Assembly (NCBI RefSeq): GCF_003334385.1
Contig: NZ_QOWN01000046.1
DNA from: Escherichia coli
GTDB taxonomy: Bacteria > Pseudomonadota > Gammaproteobacteria > Enterobacterales > Enterobacteriaceae
DNA: 34,434 bases
Strand: one strand, 5' to 3'
Shown here: positions 8,598-18,376 of the stretch, piece by piece
How the letters are laid out: every line of letters begins with the position of its first letter
Numbering within the stretch: position 1 is the stretch's first letter
Translations under genes and position numbers: made by a program
Notes under the pieces: generated by a model
The model's database searches: none
What the model was told of the DNA's origin: nothing
What the model saw: only the letters and a program-made list of their open reading frames with translations

Positions 8598-10219
8598 TCA
8601 GATGATATTGGGCGTGATCAGCACCACGAGAATGGTGTCGTCGTTTTCACTGTTGATCCCACCGCCAAGACCGAAGAATCCCGGCGTGCCTACACCCTGT
8701 TTTCCGCTGCGACGTCCTGACTGCTGGAAGCCACTGATAATGACCGTCTGCCCGGATTTCAGATCCACGGTCTGATTGATGGTTTTCAGATCCACATTCG
8801 GCAGCTGGGCTTTACTTCCACCGCTCTCATAATTCTCAATAACCGGTTTGTCGGAGAGACTCATGGAATAGAGCAACTGCAGTGTCTGTGAGTCCGGGAG
8901 AATGAACGGCAGAAGGGTCATGTTAAAACCGGTGGTGATGGTGGCCGCATTCAGGGAGGTGGATGAGCCGACATTGGCAGTGGTATCCGTCGTCACACTC
9001 TCTATGTAACTCTGCTGATTGGCGATCTGCATTGGCACCGGCGTCAGGTTTTTGGTGACGGCAGAGTTCTGGGTCACCACACTGACATCCCCCTGGGAAG
9101 ACAATGCTTTCAGGAAGGCTTTTGAACCGGTGAGTTTACCGTCCACAATGGAAACACCACCTGTGATGGCATCACTGGCTGCACTGGTGAATGTGCTGCC
9201 GAGACTCAGTCCCAGCGTTCTGTCGCTGAAGACTGCGTTCCAGTCGATACCGGCCTGCTCATTGCGGGTTTTCCGGATACTCAGAATTTCCACATTCAGC
9301 ACCACCTGACGTTTCATCTCTTCATTGCGTTTTTCAATGAATGCCCGGACCGTTTCCAGAACCTGTGGATTATCTGTGACGGTGATAAAGCCCGTGGACA
9401 TGAACATGCGTCCGATACCCGGGGTCAGCATTGATGTGACCGCATTTTTCACATCCTGATACAGCGCAGACTTCATATCCACTGTGGTGGTCTGGGTATT
9501 GCTGGCATCACCGGAAATGGCATCTGATGCACTGCCTCCTGATGAGCCGTTTGAGGACATGGTGCCGCTGACCACAGTAGCGTTATAGGCCACCTGACTG
9601 TCCATATAGGTGATGGGGAAGGTCTGTGTCTCGAGATAATAGAAGATGATATGCGAGCCGTCATAGCGCCAGGATATACCGAGACGGGAGGAGACCGCAT
9701 TCAGCAGGGTCGTCAGGCCGGAGGCATTCAGTTCAGACAGTGCTGCGGTATTTCCCGGCAGACGGGATGGTGGCGTGTCAGATGCGCCAATGGCGGCAAG
9801 GGGAACCATGCCGCTCGCATCCGGTGGGGGGGTAACGCGCCCTGGATTTGTTGTGTGCTGCCGGTTGTGGATGTATTCAGGTATGCCAGTACATCAGGTG
9901 TGATCCGTACCGGAATATGGCAGCTTTCCGTGATCCGCTGAACCACCTGCTGAAGGGTGATGCTCTGACGGGTATGAATGACAATGGGACAACCGGGAAC
10001 GGTTTTGCCGGTGTTTTTATCCATGACCGGACGGGGATTGATCCATTGTCGTGAGGATTCCTTAACAACCGGCGTCCGGGTTCGCAGATCAGACATCATT
10101 TCCCGTGCCCGTTGTTGTTCCGCAACGGCTTCCTTTCTTGTGCTCTCAAGCTGTCTGTAACTGGCACAGCCCTGTAACAGAGCGGCGGCAATCATAATGG
10201 CAAGAATTTTTTTATTCAT
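8598..10219 (-). pseudogene. pilN: PilN secretin lipoprotein, reading frame interrupted (or sequencing error) at a G7/C7 homopolymer
   Basis: The N-terminal ORF (9728-10219) has a lipoprotein signal (LLQGC) and the C-terminal ORF (8598-9809) is secretin-like; they overlap in different frames. One extra C in the C7 run at about 9826-9832 would fuse them into a roughly 540-aa protein. Confidence 0.7.
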
Positions 10220-10249
10220 GGGAGATCCGTGATTTATTCAGATTCGTGA

Positions 10250-10687
10250 CTAATTCATCCAGAGGATGACGTGATCGGGGATCACTGACGGAAGTGTGAT
10301 GGAAAGCGCTCTGCCGGCAGTGTCCAGCAGTCGGCCGTTTTCCACCCTGCCGAGCAGAGCAGAGTCATTACACTGTTCCCTGAGCGCGGCCATCAGGCCC
10401 GGGGTTTCTGTAGCCCAGACAAAAACACGTTGCTGGCTGATGATATGACTGACGGTATCCGTCCCGGGAATCCCGAGCTGAGTGGATGTCAGCCGCCCTC
10501 CGGCTGTCCGTCGTTCCGGATGCTGATGCAGGTAATCATTGATGGCGTTCATATAACGAATGAACGTTGCTGCCTGTTGTGTATTTTCTGCGGCCTGATG
10601 ACGGTGTTCGCTGCGGGAGAGCTGACTGGTGAACCAGAAATTGCCTGTGGTCGTGATGACCATGATGAACACGATGAACCAGCCCAT
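10250..10687 (-). CDS. pilM: PilM-like pilus biogenesis protein
   Basis: 145 aa with an N-terminal transmembrane helix; position between pilL and pilN. Confidence 0.65.
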   Translation of the reverse strand: MGWFIVFIMVITTTGNFWFTSQLSRSEHRHQAAENTQQAATFIRYMNAINDYLHQHPERRTAGGRLTSTQLGIPGTDTVSHIISQQRVFVWATETPGLMAALREQCNDSALLGRVENGRLLDTAGRALSITLPSVIPDHVILWMN

Positions 10688-10691
10688 AAGG

Positions 10692-11762
10692 TTATTCCTG
10701 TGGACGATCTGTCACCCGCAGCAGACATTGTGCTGTGCTGGTCCGGGCATACAGCGGTTTTTCCACCGGGGTGTAGAGTGCGAAGAGCTGTTCCAGCGCC
10801 TGGCGGAAACTGCCGGTGAAAACCAGAGGGGCATCGATGCTGTAGTTGACAGGTGTTTCCCAGCGTAGCGTCCAGGTGCCGTGGGGGCATTTTTCGGATG
10901 ATGTCCAGCGGGCCAGTCCGTCTTTCAGGGTGGTCCCCTTTTCCATTTTCCACTGCCGTGGCGGTATGACCTTCTGCGGTGGTGGCACTACCGGTTTCGT
11001 GGCCACCGGGGCTGGCGTGGTTGTTCTGCTCTCTGGTGTTCCGGATGTCCCGGTGGTGGTCTGAGCCCGGGAAACGCTGACGGCAGGTGTCACTGGTGTC
11101 GGGCCTGCCGGCGTTGCGGTGCTGCCCCTGAACGGATTACGCGGTGTATCAGCAGCTTTCTGTGAACCCTGCGGTGCCGTGACGTCGACCGGCGGTGTTG
11201 CAGAGGTCGTGACAGTCAGTATTTTCCTGTTCCAGTCCATATGTCCGTAAAGCTGCTGGCCGGCCAGCAGCGCATTCAGTGCCCGGTGCCACTGGTCATT
11301 AACGGACCAGACGGGGAGGCGTTTGTTCAGTGCCGGTATGGCAGCGTTCTGTTGCCGGAACTGCCAGCCGGGTGGCAGCAACGGGCGTATCCAGTCACTG
11401 ACGGAGCGCTGACGTGCCTCACGTAAATAAACGACGGATGACTGACCGGGTTTACCGGTCATAACCAGTGCGGGCAGCTGTGTGGCCTGAAGGAGCGGGC
11501 GGGGAGGCAGTGCGGTACTCTGGCTGCTGACTGCGGTTGTGGGCGTCGCTGTTGTTGTCGGGCGGGGCGGCGTCACAGGGCGGGTCACCGGTGGCGGAAG
11601 CAGACGTTTTTGCGTATGGGCGATAATGGCAGCGCTTTCGCGAATTTGTCCGTCGACGAACACCAGAGCCGGAGGCGTGGTGTCAGGAACAGGCGTGGCA
11701 TTAAAGGCCGTACAGCCGCTGAGTAATGACGGCAGAAGGAGTGTAAGTGATTTCTTTTTCAT
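10692..11762 (-). CDS. pilL: PilL lipoprotein, first gene of the pil operon in this window
   Basis: 356 aa; lipoprotein signal LLPSLLSGCTAF followed by a Pro/Thr-rich linker. Confidence 0.7.
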   Translation of the reverse strand: MKKKSLTLLLPSLLSGCTAFNATPVPDTTPPALVFVDGQIRESAAIIAHTQKRLLPPPVTRPVTPPRPTTTATPTTAVSSQSTALPPRPLLQATQLPALVMTGKPGQSSVVYLREARQRSVSDWIRPLLPPGWQFRQQNAAIPALNKRLPVWSVNDQWHRALNALLAGQQLYGHMDWNRKILTVTTSATPPVDVTAPQGSQKAADTPRNPFRGSTATPAGPTPVTPAVSVSRAQTTTGTSGTPESRTTTPAPVATKPVVPPPQKVIPPRQWKMEKGTTLKDGLARWTSSEKCPHGTWTLRWETPVNYSIDAPLVFTGSFRQALEQLFALYTPVEKPLYARTSTAQCLLRVTDRPQE

Positions 11763-11863
11763 AGAATAAATCCGGTATGTATCGGGTTACGGTATAAGAC
11801 AGGTGGCTGGTAACAGGTCTTCAGATAAATATAATATCATCAGGATATTGATGATGAACATTC

Positions 11864-12304
11864 ATGTTCGGGGTGATTATGAAAACTAAAACATTCCGGT
11901 TCCGGAAATATAAAAAGAAAAACGTTCTGCTGCAAATAATAGTTTCCAGGAAACAAGTGATATTGTTACGCAATATTATGACGGACTCTTTATTGTTTTG
12001 CTCGATAGGTTTTGTGTTTATGAATATGTGTGATTCAAAATATACGTTGATTTCTGGTGAGGGTGGTTTACGTGCTGATTGTGCCGATTATTTATTCTTT
12101 GCCGTATATGCAATTGCGTTGCTAATGATAATTTTATGGATGACAGCTTCAGTTATTTATTCTATTGAAGAATATACGAGTCAGGAAAAATACGGTAAAA
12201 GTAAAGTCTATAGCTACTTCTGGTTTTTTATCTGGTTTTTTGTTTTTAACTGTGCTGTTTATTCTTCTCTGAAGGCAATAAATATAAAAGATATAATCAG
12301 CTAA
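11864..12304 (+). CDS. Hypothetical small membrane protein (AT-rich islet)
   Basis: 146-aa ORF with hydrophobic segments in a low-GC region; convergent with the next ORF. Confidence 0.35.
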   Translation: MFGVIMKTKTFRFRKYKKKNVLLQIIVSRKQVILLRNIMTDSLLFCSIGFVFMNMCDSKYTLISGEGGLRADCADYLFFAVYAIALLMIILWMTASVIYSIEEYTSQEKYGKSKVYSYFWFFIWFFVFNCAVYSSLKAINIKDIIS

Positions 12305-13184
12305 TGGCAGCAGAGGGATTCACGATAAAACCAATGACGTAACCTGTTCCCGAGCAATAAAGGACTGTTGCCGGGGATGTTTTTCGTGTATCCCATATCT
12401 TTGAATCTGTATCAGATGGCGTGTGTTCAATGACCGATAAACTGGCCGGAATGGTCGTGTTAAAAAAAATACTTAACGCGCCTGTAAATAAAGCAGCGGG
12501 AAGAGAAATGCTGGAATGATATATCCATGTGGAGAGTATCAGTGCCAGAATAGCATTTCCTGTATTTATATAATAAAACCAGTCGTTATGGCGCAGATAC
12601 CGGGTAACGGAGAGCCCCCTGGCGGACACGCCATCCGGGAAATGCAGCGCCAGAAGTAGGAGATAAATAACTGCTATTTCAGCCAGTGTAACAGGCAGCA
12701 TAATGGAAAGACGTGACAGGAATGACATCAGCATGTCACTTATGACAGGATTAAGTCGTGTTGAAGATAATTCGTAAATGCCGGTTGTAAAACAGAACAT
12801 ATAACCCAGTCCGGCATAAGCAATAATGGAAACCGGCGTCAGTTTGTTTGATTTGTATGTTTTATACGTTCTCGTTGCTTCTTTAATGGTTAAAATTGTC
12901 AGCAGGGATGTGAGAATCATAACGGGTGGTATATATATGCAGATATATACCTGCAAAGGGTACTCAGTATCGTATACCCGGGTTGTTAATATAACGGACA
13001 GACTCAATAAGGATATATTTCCGAAATGAAACCAGCGATACTGTTGAAGATACTGGAAAACAGTGATGCCTGAAGAAAATGTCCATTTGCCGCGAGCATA
13101 AATAACAACCCAGAATAAAGAACTAATGATACATATCATCAGTATGCCGGGTAATATTGCAAAAATAAATGATGATGTGCTCAT
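12297..13184 (-). CDS. Hypothetical polytopic membrane protein (AT-rich islet)
   Basis: 295-aa ORF with multiple predicted transmembrane helices; low GC relative to the neighbouring pil and yqiK genes. Confidence 0.45.
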   Translation of the reverse strand: MSTSSFIFAILPGILMICIISSLFWVVIYARGKWTFSSGITVFQYLQQYRWFHFGNISLLSLSVILTTRVYDTEYPLQVYICIYIPPVMILTSLLTILTIKEATRTYKTYKSNKLTPVSIIAYAGLGYMFCFTTGIYELSSTRLNPVISDMLMSFLSRLSIMLPVTLAEIAVIYLLLLALHFPDGVSARGLSVTRYLRHNDWFYYINTGNAILALILSTWIYHSSISLPAALFTGALSIFFNTTIPASLSVIEHTPSDTDSKIWDTRKTSPATVLYCSGTGYVIGFIVNPSAAIS

Positions 13185-13376
13185 TATTAAATCTCCATCA
13201 GCATGGTGATGCTTAAATTTTTACGGTTGTGAGGTGCGTAATAAATATCATGTGTAGTTGTGAATAATAGCGTCAGCAACATATATAAAAATAATCTGCA
13301 TTCCTGAAAAATATCGTGGTTGTGAAATATTTAATTTTTACCCCCTTTTATGGGGGATGAAAAGCAGGCTGTCAGG

Positions 13377-13694
13377 CTATAACTGAACGCGGTTTCTGGA
13401 TTTTGGTGCTAATGTCACATCTTTCCATTCACAGCTGCTTCCGGGGATACGCTCTTTGCGTCGTATTATACGGGAGTTCTGACACACAATAATTAAGCCA
13501 TTGTCTGCCGTCTGAAATGGCATTATAGCGATGTTTATATCTTCTGTTGCAGGAATATAACTGACTTTCTTTTCACATGTATTGGTGTATATGACAACTC
13601 TGAATTTTTCTGCGGACATTTTCAATCCTCTTTTAAACCAGAATATCCCGTGAGGGCATTCTTTGTGAAAAAGATGCCGGAAAAATTCCGGCAC
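13377..13694 (-). CDS. Hypothetical protein immediately downstream of the flotillin gene (true start possibly the internal Met MSAEKF)
   Basis: ORF begins 6 nt after the yqiK-like stop on the same strand, consistent with co-transcription. Confidence 0.35.
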   Translation of the reverse strand: MPEFFRHLFHKECPHGIFWFKRGLKMSAEKFRVVIYTNTCEKKVSYIPATEDINIAIMPFQTADNGLIIVCQNSRIIRRKERIPGSSCEWKDVTLAPKSRNRVQL

Positions 13695-13699
13695 GGGGA

Positions 13700-15394
13700 T
13701 TAAACCTGTTGTGGTTCTGAGTTATCCGGAGCGGTTACCGGTTCGCTGACATCCGGAACCTTTTCCGGGGCAGGCATGACCAGTGGACGTGTCAGGGCTG
13801 TAAGTCCTTCACCGGATAAACCCACCTCTTTCAGCAGGGAGTCGATGAGCGGAGCCTGTGTACGGTAAGCCAGAGCGGCGGTTACTGCCTGTTCAGCGAG
13901 ATTTCCGCCACTTATGTCGGTTGTTGCTGTTTTACCGCGGGTAACACCGCCATTCAGACCATCCACCTGAATGATTTTAATACCGTCAATGGATTTCATT
14001 GGTTCTGTGGACTTCTCTATGACGGCAGGTAATGCATCCAGCAGGGCAAGACGGAAGCGGAGGCTGGTCTGCTCATCCGAAAGCACGTTAATGGCATCGT
14101 TCAGTGCGCGCTGTGCTTCTGCTTCTGCCAGACCTTTCTGACGGGTGGCCTCCGCCAGTTCAATAATTGCTGCTGCCTGGAGTTCGGCTGCTTCTTTTTC
14201 AGCCTGTGCGCAAACCGTCAGTTCAACCGCTTTCGTTTCAGCTTCCTGAGCAGCAGCAATCAGGGCAACCTGTTTGGTACGGTCGGCCTCCGCAGTCTGG
14301 CGGGTGGTTTCCACATCCTGCTGGGCCTGTACGGCCTCAGCCAGTGCTTTACTTGCCCGGGCTTCTGCCTGTGACTGCTCTTCCGATTTTGCCGCCACGG
14401 CAATGGCTCTGGCCTGGCTGGCGATTTCGGTTGCCTGCTGTTGCTCAATTTCCCGTATGGCCACTTCCCGTTCGGCTTCGACCTGGCGGGTACGCACTAT
14501 CTGCTGTCGTTCGATTTCGGCTTCCTCTATCTTACGTTCAGCCAGAATTCGCGCGGATTCTGCTTCACGACGTCGTTCAGCTTCAATAGCAGCAATACTG
14601 GCACTCTGCTCTGCCGTACGGGTTTTTACCCGTTGTTGTTGCTCCAGAGTCATGAAGGCTTCCTGCTGTTCAATCTCCAGACGTCGGGAGAGTGCATCCC
14701 GGTTTTTTTCCCTGATGGCCACTTCAACATCCTGCTCAACTTCGTTGCGTTCGCGGCGACGACGTTCTGTTTCCTGGGTCAGAAGGGTCAGGCCTTCAGC
14801 ATCAAAGGCATTGTCAGGATTAAAATGTACCCGTGCAGTCTGGTTGAAACTTGTCAGCGACACACTTTCAAGCTCCAGACCGTTTTTGGATAAGTCTTCC
14901 GCAACGGTGTTCTGCACACCCTGAACAAAGTTCTCGCGGGCATCCTGTAAATCCTGCATGCTCATTCTGGCCGCCGTGGCCCGTAGGGCATCAACAAATT
15001 TATCCTCGACCAGACTACGCAGATCTTCAGGTGTGAGCGTGCGTTGTCCCAGCGTCTGGGCTGCAGTGGATATTCCTTCGGCTGATGGTTTTACCCGAAG
15101 AAAAAAGGCAACGGCAACATCAACACGCATGCGGTCGCGGGTTATGAGACTTTCAGCCGCTGCACGACTGACTTCCAGCTTCAGGGTGTTCATGTTGACG
15201 GGAATTGTTTCGTGAAAAATAGGCATAACAATTGCACCGCCACTCATTACCACTTTTTGGCCTCCCAGACCTGTGCGGACAAAGGCCTGCTCTGCCGATG
15301 CCCGGCGGTACAGGCGGGCAAATATCAGCCCGATAACGAACAGGGTGAGGACCAGCGCTATAACGGTAAACAACCATCCCGGAAGATTAAACAT
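13700..15394 (-). CDS. yqiK: Flotillin-like SPFH/band-7 inner-membrane protein (YqiK-like)
   Basis: 564 aa; N-terminal transmembrane helix, SPFH-like domain, long Ala/Glu/Gln/Arg-rich coiled-coil region; matches E. coli YqiK (about 553 aa) in architecture. Confidence 0.8.
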   Translation of the reverse strand: MFNLPGWLFTVIALVLTLFVIGLIFARLYRRASAEQAFVRTGLGGQKVVMSGGAIVMPIFHETIPVNMNTLKLEVSRAAAESLITRDRMRVDVAVAFFLRVKPSAEGISTAAQTLGQRTLTPEDLRSLVEDKFVDALRATAARMSMQDLQDARENFVQGVQNTVAEDLSKNGLELESVSLTSFNQTARVHFNPDNAFDAEGLTLLTQETERRRRERNEVEQDVEVAIREKNRDALSRRLEIEQQEAFMTLEQQQRVKTRTAEQSASIAAIEAERRREAESARILAERKIEEAEIERQQIVRTRQVEAEREVAIREIEQQQATEIASQARAIAVAAKSEEQSQAEARASKALAEAVQAQQDVETTRQTAEADRTKQVALIAAAQEAETKAVELTVCAQAEKEAAELQAAAIIELAEATRQKGLAEAEAQRALNDAINVLSDEQTSLRFRLALLDALPAVIEKSTEPMKSIDGIKIIQVDGLNGGVTRGKTATTDISGGNLAEQAVTAALAYRTQAPLIDSLLKEVGLSGEGLTALTRPLVMPAPEKVPDVSEPVTAPDNSEPQQV

Positions 15395-15420
15395 AGTGAG
15401 AACCTCTGTATATGTCGGGA

Positions 15421-16041
15421 TTAAAGAACATCCGGCCAGGGATTCAGTTCGCCCAGCCAGCAGGAACCGGAAAGACGGCAGACAATAATCACTTTGTCTC
15501 CTCGTCTGAATTCTTTCCCGGCCTCCGGCTCCAGCAACAGGTAATGAACCTGCCCGAAGCGGTCTGTGAAGCGACCTTCACAGGGGGAACCCGCCACTGC
15601 GTGATAACCGGTGATGGTGGCCATACAGCCGATGAATGCCTCCTCGGTGAGCGCCGTTGTTTCATCACGGGGTAACCAGGGGGCAATCAGTCTGCCGGTG
15701 CGGTGTACGAGAGGACATGTCAGCAGCAGGCAAAGTGGTGTAAGGAGAATGTTCGGGGCAGGAGCCTGCAGCAGATGAATAATAAGACCCTGCAGGAGAA
15801 TGCCGGATATACCAAAAAAACCTGCCAGCATACAGAGGACGATCAGCAGGGGGATCCGTCCGATGTTCAGCCAGTCCAGCGCCTCTCCTGTCAGACCCTC
15901 CGGTAAATCAGGTGTATCCATAGCTGAAGAGAGGGAGTGTCCGCAGAGCAGGGCGATAAGTTCAGCGATACCAGTAAGCAGAACAAAAGTCAGGGCTGCC
16001 AGATAGGGTGCGTTATACGCGGTAAGTAACGTCAGTGTCAT
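15421..16041 (-). CDS. yqiJ: NfeD-like inner-membrane protein (YqiJ-like), partner of the flotillin
   Basis: 206-aa membrane protein directly upstream of the yqiK-like gene with a 27-bp gap; size matches YqiJ (about 209 aa). Confidence 0.7.
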   Translation of the reverse strand: MTLTLLTAYNAPYLAALTFVLLTGIAELIALLCGHSLSSAMDTPDLPEGLTGEALDWLNIGRIPLLIVLCMLAGFFGISGILLQGLIIHLLQAPAPNILLTPLCLLLTCPLVHRTGRLIAPWLPRDETTALTEEAFIGCMATITGYHAVAGSPCEGRFTDRFGQVHYLLLEPEAGKEFRRGDKVIIVCRLSGSCWLGELNPWPDVL

Positions 16042-16307
16042 TTTTCCTCCTGTGGCAGGTCAGTCAAACAACATTATGGCGTGAAGCTTCCGCTTCTTTA
16101 ATTGTCAGAAGAAGCATATCGTCAGTCATCAGAAGACAAGGGGATGTCTGCAGGAGGGGATGATAACAACAGAAGCCTCACGCCGGAATGCGCTTTATGA
16201 CAACCGGAGAGGACGGATAATCAAAAATGGGACATCCACATCAGCAAACCGCGATTTGCGAAAAAAAGTCTGCGGAGAGTGGCTGCCGTTGTGGCTGTCC
16301 CGGTATT

Positions 16308-17093
16308 TCAGTGTAAAAGCAGACTGTTGTCCATGCCCCATTCCTCTTCCGCTAAACCTGAATGGCCCACATGAAGAATGCGTGACAGCATATTTCTGCC
16401 GCTGCCGTTCAGACTGCATTCGCGCCCGTGTGCGAGCATAAAACCTTCATCCCGGAATATCTCTTCAACCTCAGACGTGTTGATGGTGGCCGGATGGATT
16501 AATGAAAATGCCACCGGTCTGATCATTCTGCCCGTGGTGGAAAAGGTGTCCCCGGTGCTGTTCAGCTGCAGGATATGACGTTTCCCGGTCTGTGCGCGGG
16601 AAAGTGTCTCACTCAGTAACTGGTCATTCCATGCGCACGTGCCAATCTGCCATCCCAGACTCCTGCACGTGGCAAGCGCTGCTCGGAAGCGGTACAGGTC
16701 ATACAGTGCAGCGTTGTGGCCACTTTCCAGCAGTGATTTCAGCGTGTTCTCTACCGGTATGTCCGTATTGGTGGCCAGCAGTTTGCGCAGGGCGGTGAAC
16801 TCTTCAGGCATCCCCCTGAACTCACTCATCTGTCGGGCGGAATCAAGCCAGTTCAGCAGGAAGCGCCGGCGACGTCGTTCATTGTTGATGCTGTCCGGGG
16901 AGGTGGAGAGCGCTTCAAGCATATTCTCCAGTAACTGAATGACAGGGTTTTCCGGGGATTGAATGGTCATAACGATGTCCTGAAAAAAAATGCCCGGCAG
17001 CCGCTCTCCGTACACGCAGGTGTCACCGTTGCTGGGCATTGGGGAAAAGATGGGGAAAAAAAGCCCGGCCATAAAGGCCGGGAAAGTCGTCAA
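16308..17093 (-). CDS. Hypothetical protein (probable start at the internal ATG about 16970, MTIQSPENP..., with an AGGA 7 nt upstream)
   Basis: Open frame between the NusG-like gene and yqiJ; no family recognised. Confidence 0.5.
   Translation of the reverse strand: MTTFPAFMAGLFFPIFSPMPSNGDTCVYGERLPGIFFQDIVMTIQSPENPVIQLLENMLEALSTSPDSINNERRRRRFLLNWLDSARQMSEFRGMPEEFTALRKLLATNTDIPVENTLKSLLESGHNAALYDLYRFRAALATCRSLGWQIGTCAWNDQLLSETLSRAQTGKRHILQLNSTGDTFSTTGRMIRPVAFSLIHPATINTSEVEEIFRDEGFMLAHGRECSLNGSGRNMLSRILHVGHSGLAEEEWGMDNSLLLH
17056..17082 (-). terminator. Candidate rho-independent terminator after the NusG-like gene
   Basis: GC stem CCCGGCC / GGCCGGG with a 5-nt loop, followed on the minus strand by a run of 7 T (plus-strand A run at about 17056-17062). 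Confidence 0.45.
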
Positions 17094-17109
17094 ATGAAGA
17101 CAGCAATTT

Positions 17110-17751
17110 TCATGTCAACGCTCCGTCATCAGATACCAGGTGCAGGAGCAGGGCGATCCTCGACTCCGGCAGAGGCTGGGCATCAAGCCGGAGGAGGTAC
17201 TGGTAACGCGCTTTTGTCAGCCAGAGGGTGGAGGCAGCATCCAGCTCCTCCCTGGCTGCCGGATTGAGCGCAGGATCCGGGTACACTTTCATCAAAGACT
17301 GAACGATATCCTCCCTGACGGTTTTGATTTCACCGGCCATTTTCACGAAGTCCAGAAAGGCACTGTGACGGCGAAGGTGAGTGAAGCTGTGGCTTTCGGG
17401 GTCTGCTTTCAGGAAAAAGTAACCGGGAAACACGGCGTGTATATGTCGACGGTAACCACAGACTTTATCCGTGCGGCGGACCTTTTTCAGTATCAGGGGT
17501 GTCCAGGGAAGGACGTGTTGTTCGGAAAGCCAGGAAAAGAGATGTTCGCGGTTTTTGCCGGCAGGGATGTACTGTGCCAGATACCAGTTGCGTTGATGTA
17601 ATTCACTGATATTCAAAATCCGGAACGCTCCGCGAAAATCGATCCCCGCAGGGGGGCTTCGATGTTGTTGTGAACGGCGAATACATAAAGCATGTGTCGG
17701 AAACAGCGGCTGACCCACGTTCAGCCTGGCCTGCAGTTCTGACAGGCACAT
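17110..17751 (-). CDS. NusG/RfaH-family (NGN domain) transcription antitermination-like protein; start uncertain, probably downstream of the listed Met
   Basis: The segment NWYLAQYIPAGKNREHLF...LFPGYFFLK resembles the RfaH/NusG N-terminal domain (WY...LFPNY.F). IncI1 plasmids are recalled to carry a NusG-like transfer activator. Confidence 0.6.
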   Translation of the reverse strand: MCLSELQARLNVGQPLFPTHALCIRRSQQHRSPPAGIDFRGAFRILNISELHQRNWYLAQYIPAGKNREHLFSWLSEQHVLPWTPLILKKVRRTDKVCGYRRHIHAVFPGYFFLKADPESHSFTHLRRHSAFLDFVKMAGEIKTVREDIVQSLMKVYPDPALNPAAREELDAASTLWLTKARYQYLLRLDAQPLPESRIALLLHLVSDDGALT

Positions 17752-18296
17752 GATTTACGCACTCTTGTAAGCCTTGTGGACGGTTTCGAGGCGGGCAAAA
17801 ACCGACAACTCCTGCAAACAGGATTAATGGCTGGAAAATATATTACATAAGGATGTATCTGTGGCAAGAGTGAAGATAAGCAGTTGAATAGATCGTTATA
17901 TTTGATAAGACAGCATATTATTCTATATCTGATGTTGTGTGCGGGATATTAGATCGTTTAAAAAAATTCGGCGATCTCTTCTACTGGAAAAGAAGAAAAA
18001 AGCAGCATAAAAGATCGTTTGTGAAATTGTTCATTTTTTTGACACAGTTCAAAAAAACGACGCTTTTTAGGGGGTTAAAGAGGGCAACTGTAACCCTGAG
18101 AAATCGTGTCGGCTTTTCAAAGCGGTGGAAAAGGGGTATATTGCGGATCGTTATTCAGTGGCTTTTGGGATCCTCGCGATCCGGAAAGTCAGAAAACGGC
18201 AGGATGCGCCATAAGGCATTCAGGATGTATGGCAGAAACGACGGCTGTTTGCCGGGGCCGGAAGGCTGAAAAAAGTTTCAGAAGACCATAAAGGAA

Positions 18297-18352
18297 AACC
18301 CCCATAATCTTCTTATCGAACTTGGCGGAACGTAGAGAAGATTATGGGGGCC
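18297..18352 (-). ncRNA. inc: Inc RNA/RNAI-type antisense RNA region (stem-loop I) of the replication control system; exact transcript ends not determined
   Basis: Long perfect stem (ACCCCCATAATCTTCT / AGAAGATTATGGGGG) whose loop contains TTGGCG, the hexanucleotide recalled for IncI-alpha/IncB antisense-target kissing loops; about 25 nt upstream of the leader peptide gene. Confidence 0.5.
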
Positions 18353-18376
18353 TCACAGAATACGGGGTAAGTATAT

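Noticed and set aside
10430-11064. Several overlapping ORFs on both strands (for example 10430-10819 +, 10549-10953 -, 10846-11064 +)
   Set aside because: They overlap the pilL/pilM coding frames in a GC-rich region where long spurious ORFs are common; the pilL and pilM frames fit the operon spacing and sizes.
13300-13376. CCCCC-TTTTA-TGGGGG hairpin considered as a terminator
   Set aside because: The stem is short and is not followed by a T run on either strand, so it is not convincing as an intrinsic terminator.
14274-14924. 216-aa Ser/Arg/Ala-rich plus-strand ORF and neighbouring plus-strand ORFs (14167-14589, 14441-14893)
   Set aside because: They are antisense to the flotillin coiled-coil region; the low-complexity translation is the expected artefact of reading a GC-rich Ala/Glu/Gln-coding repeat on the opposite strand.
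17937-18291. Plus-strand ORFs (110 aa and 61 aa) upstream of the replication leader peptide
   Set aside because: They lie in the replication control and promoter region, where this replicon family has regulatory RNA structure rather than protein genes; no ribosome-binding site and an odd, basic composition.
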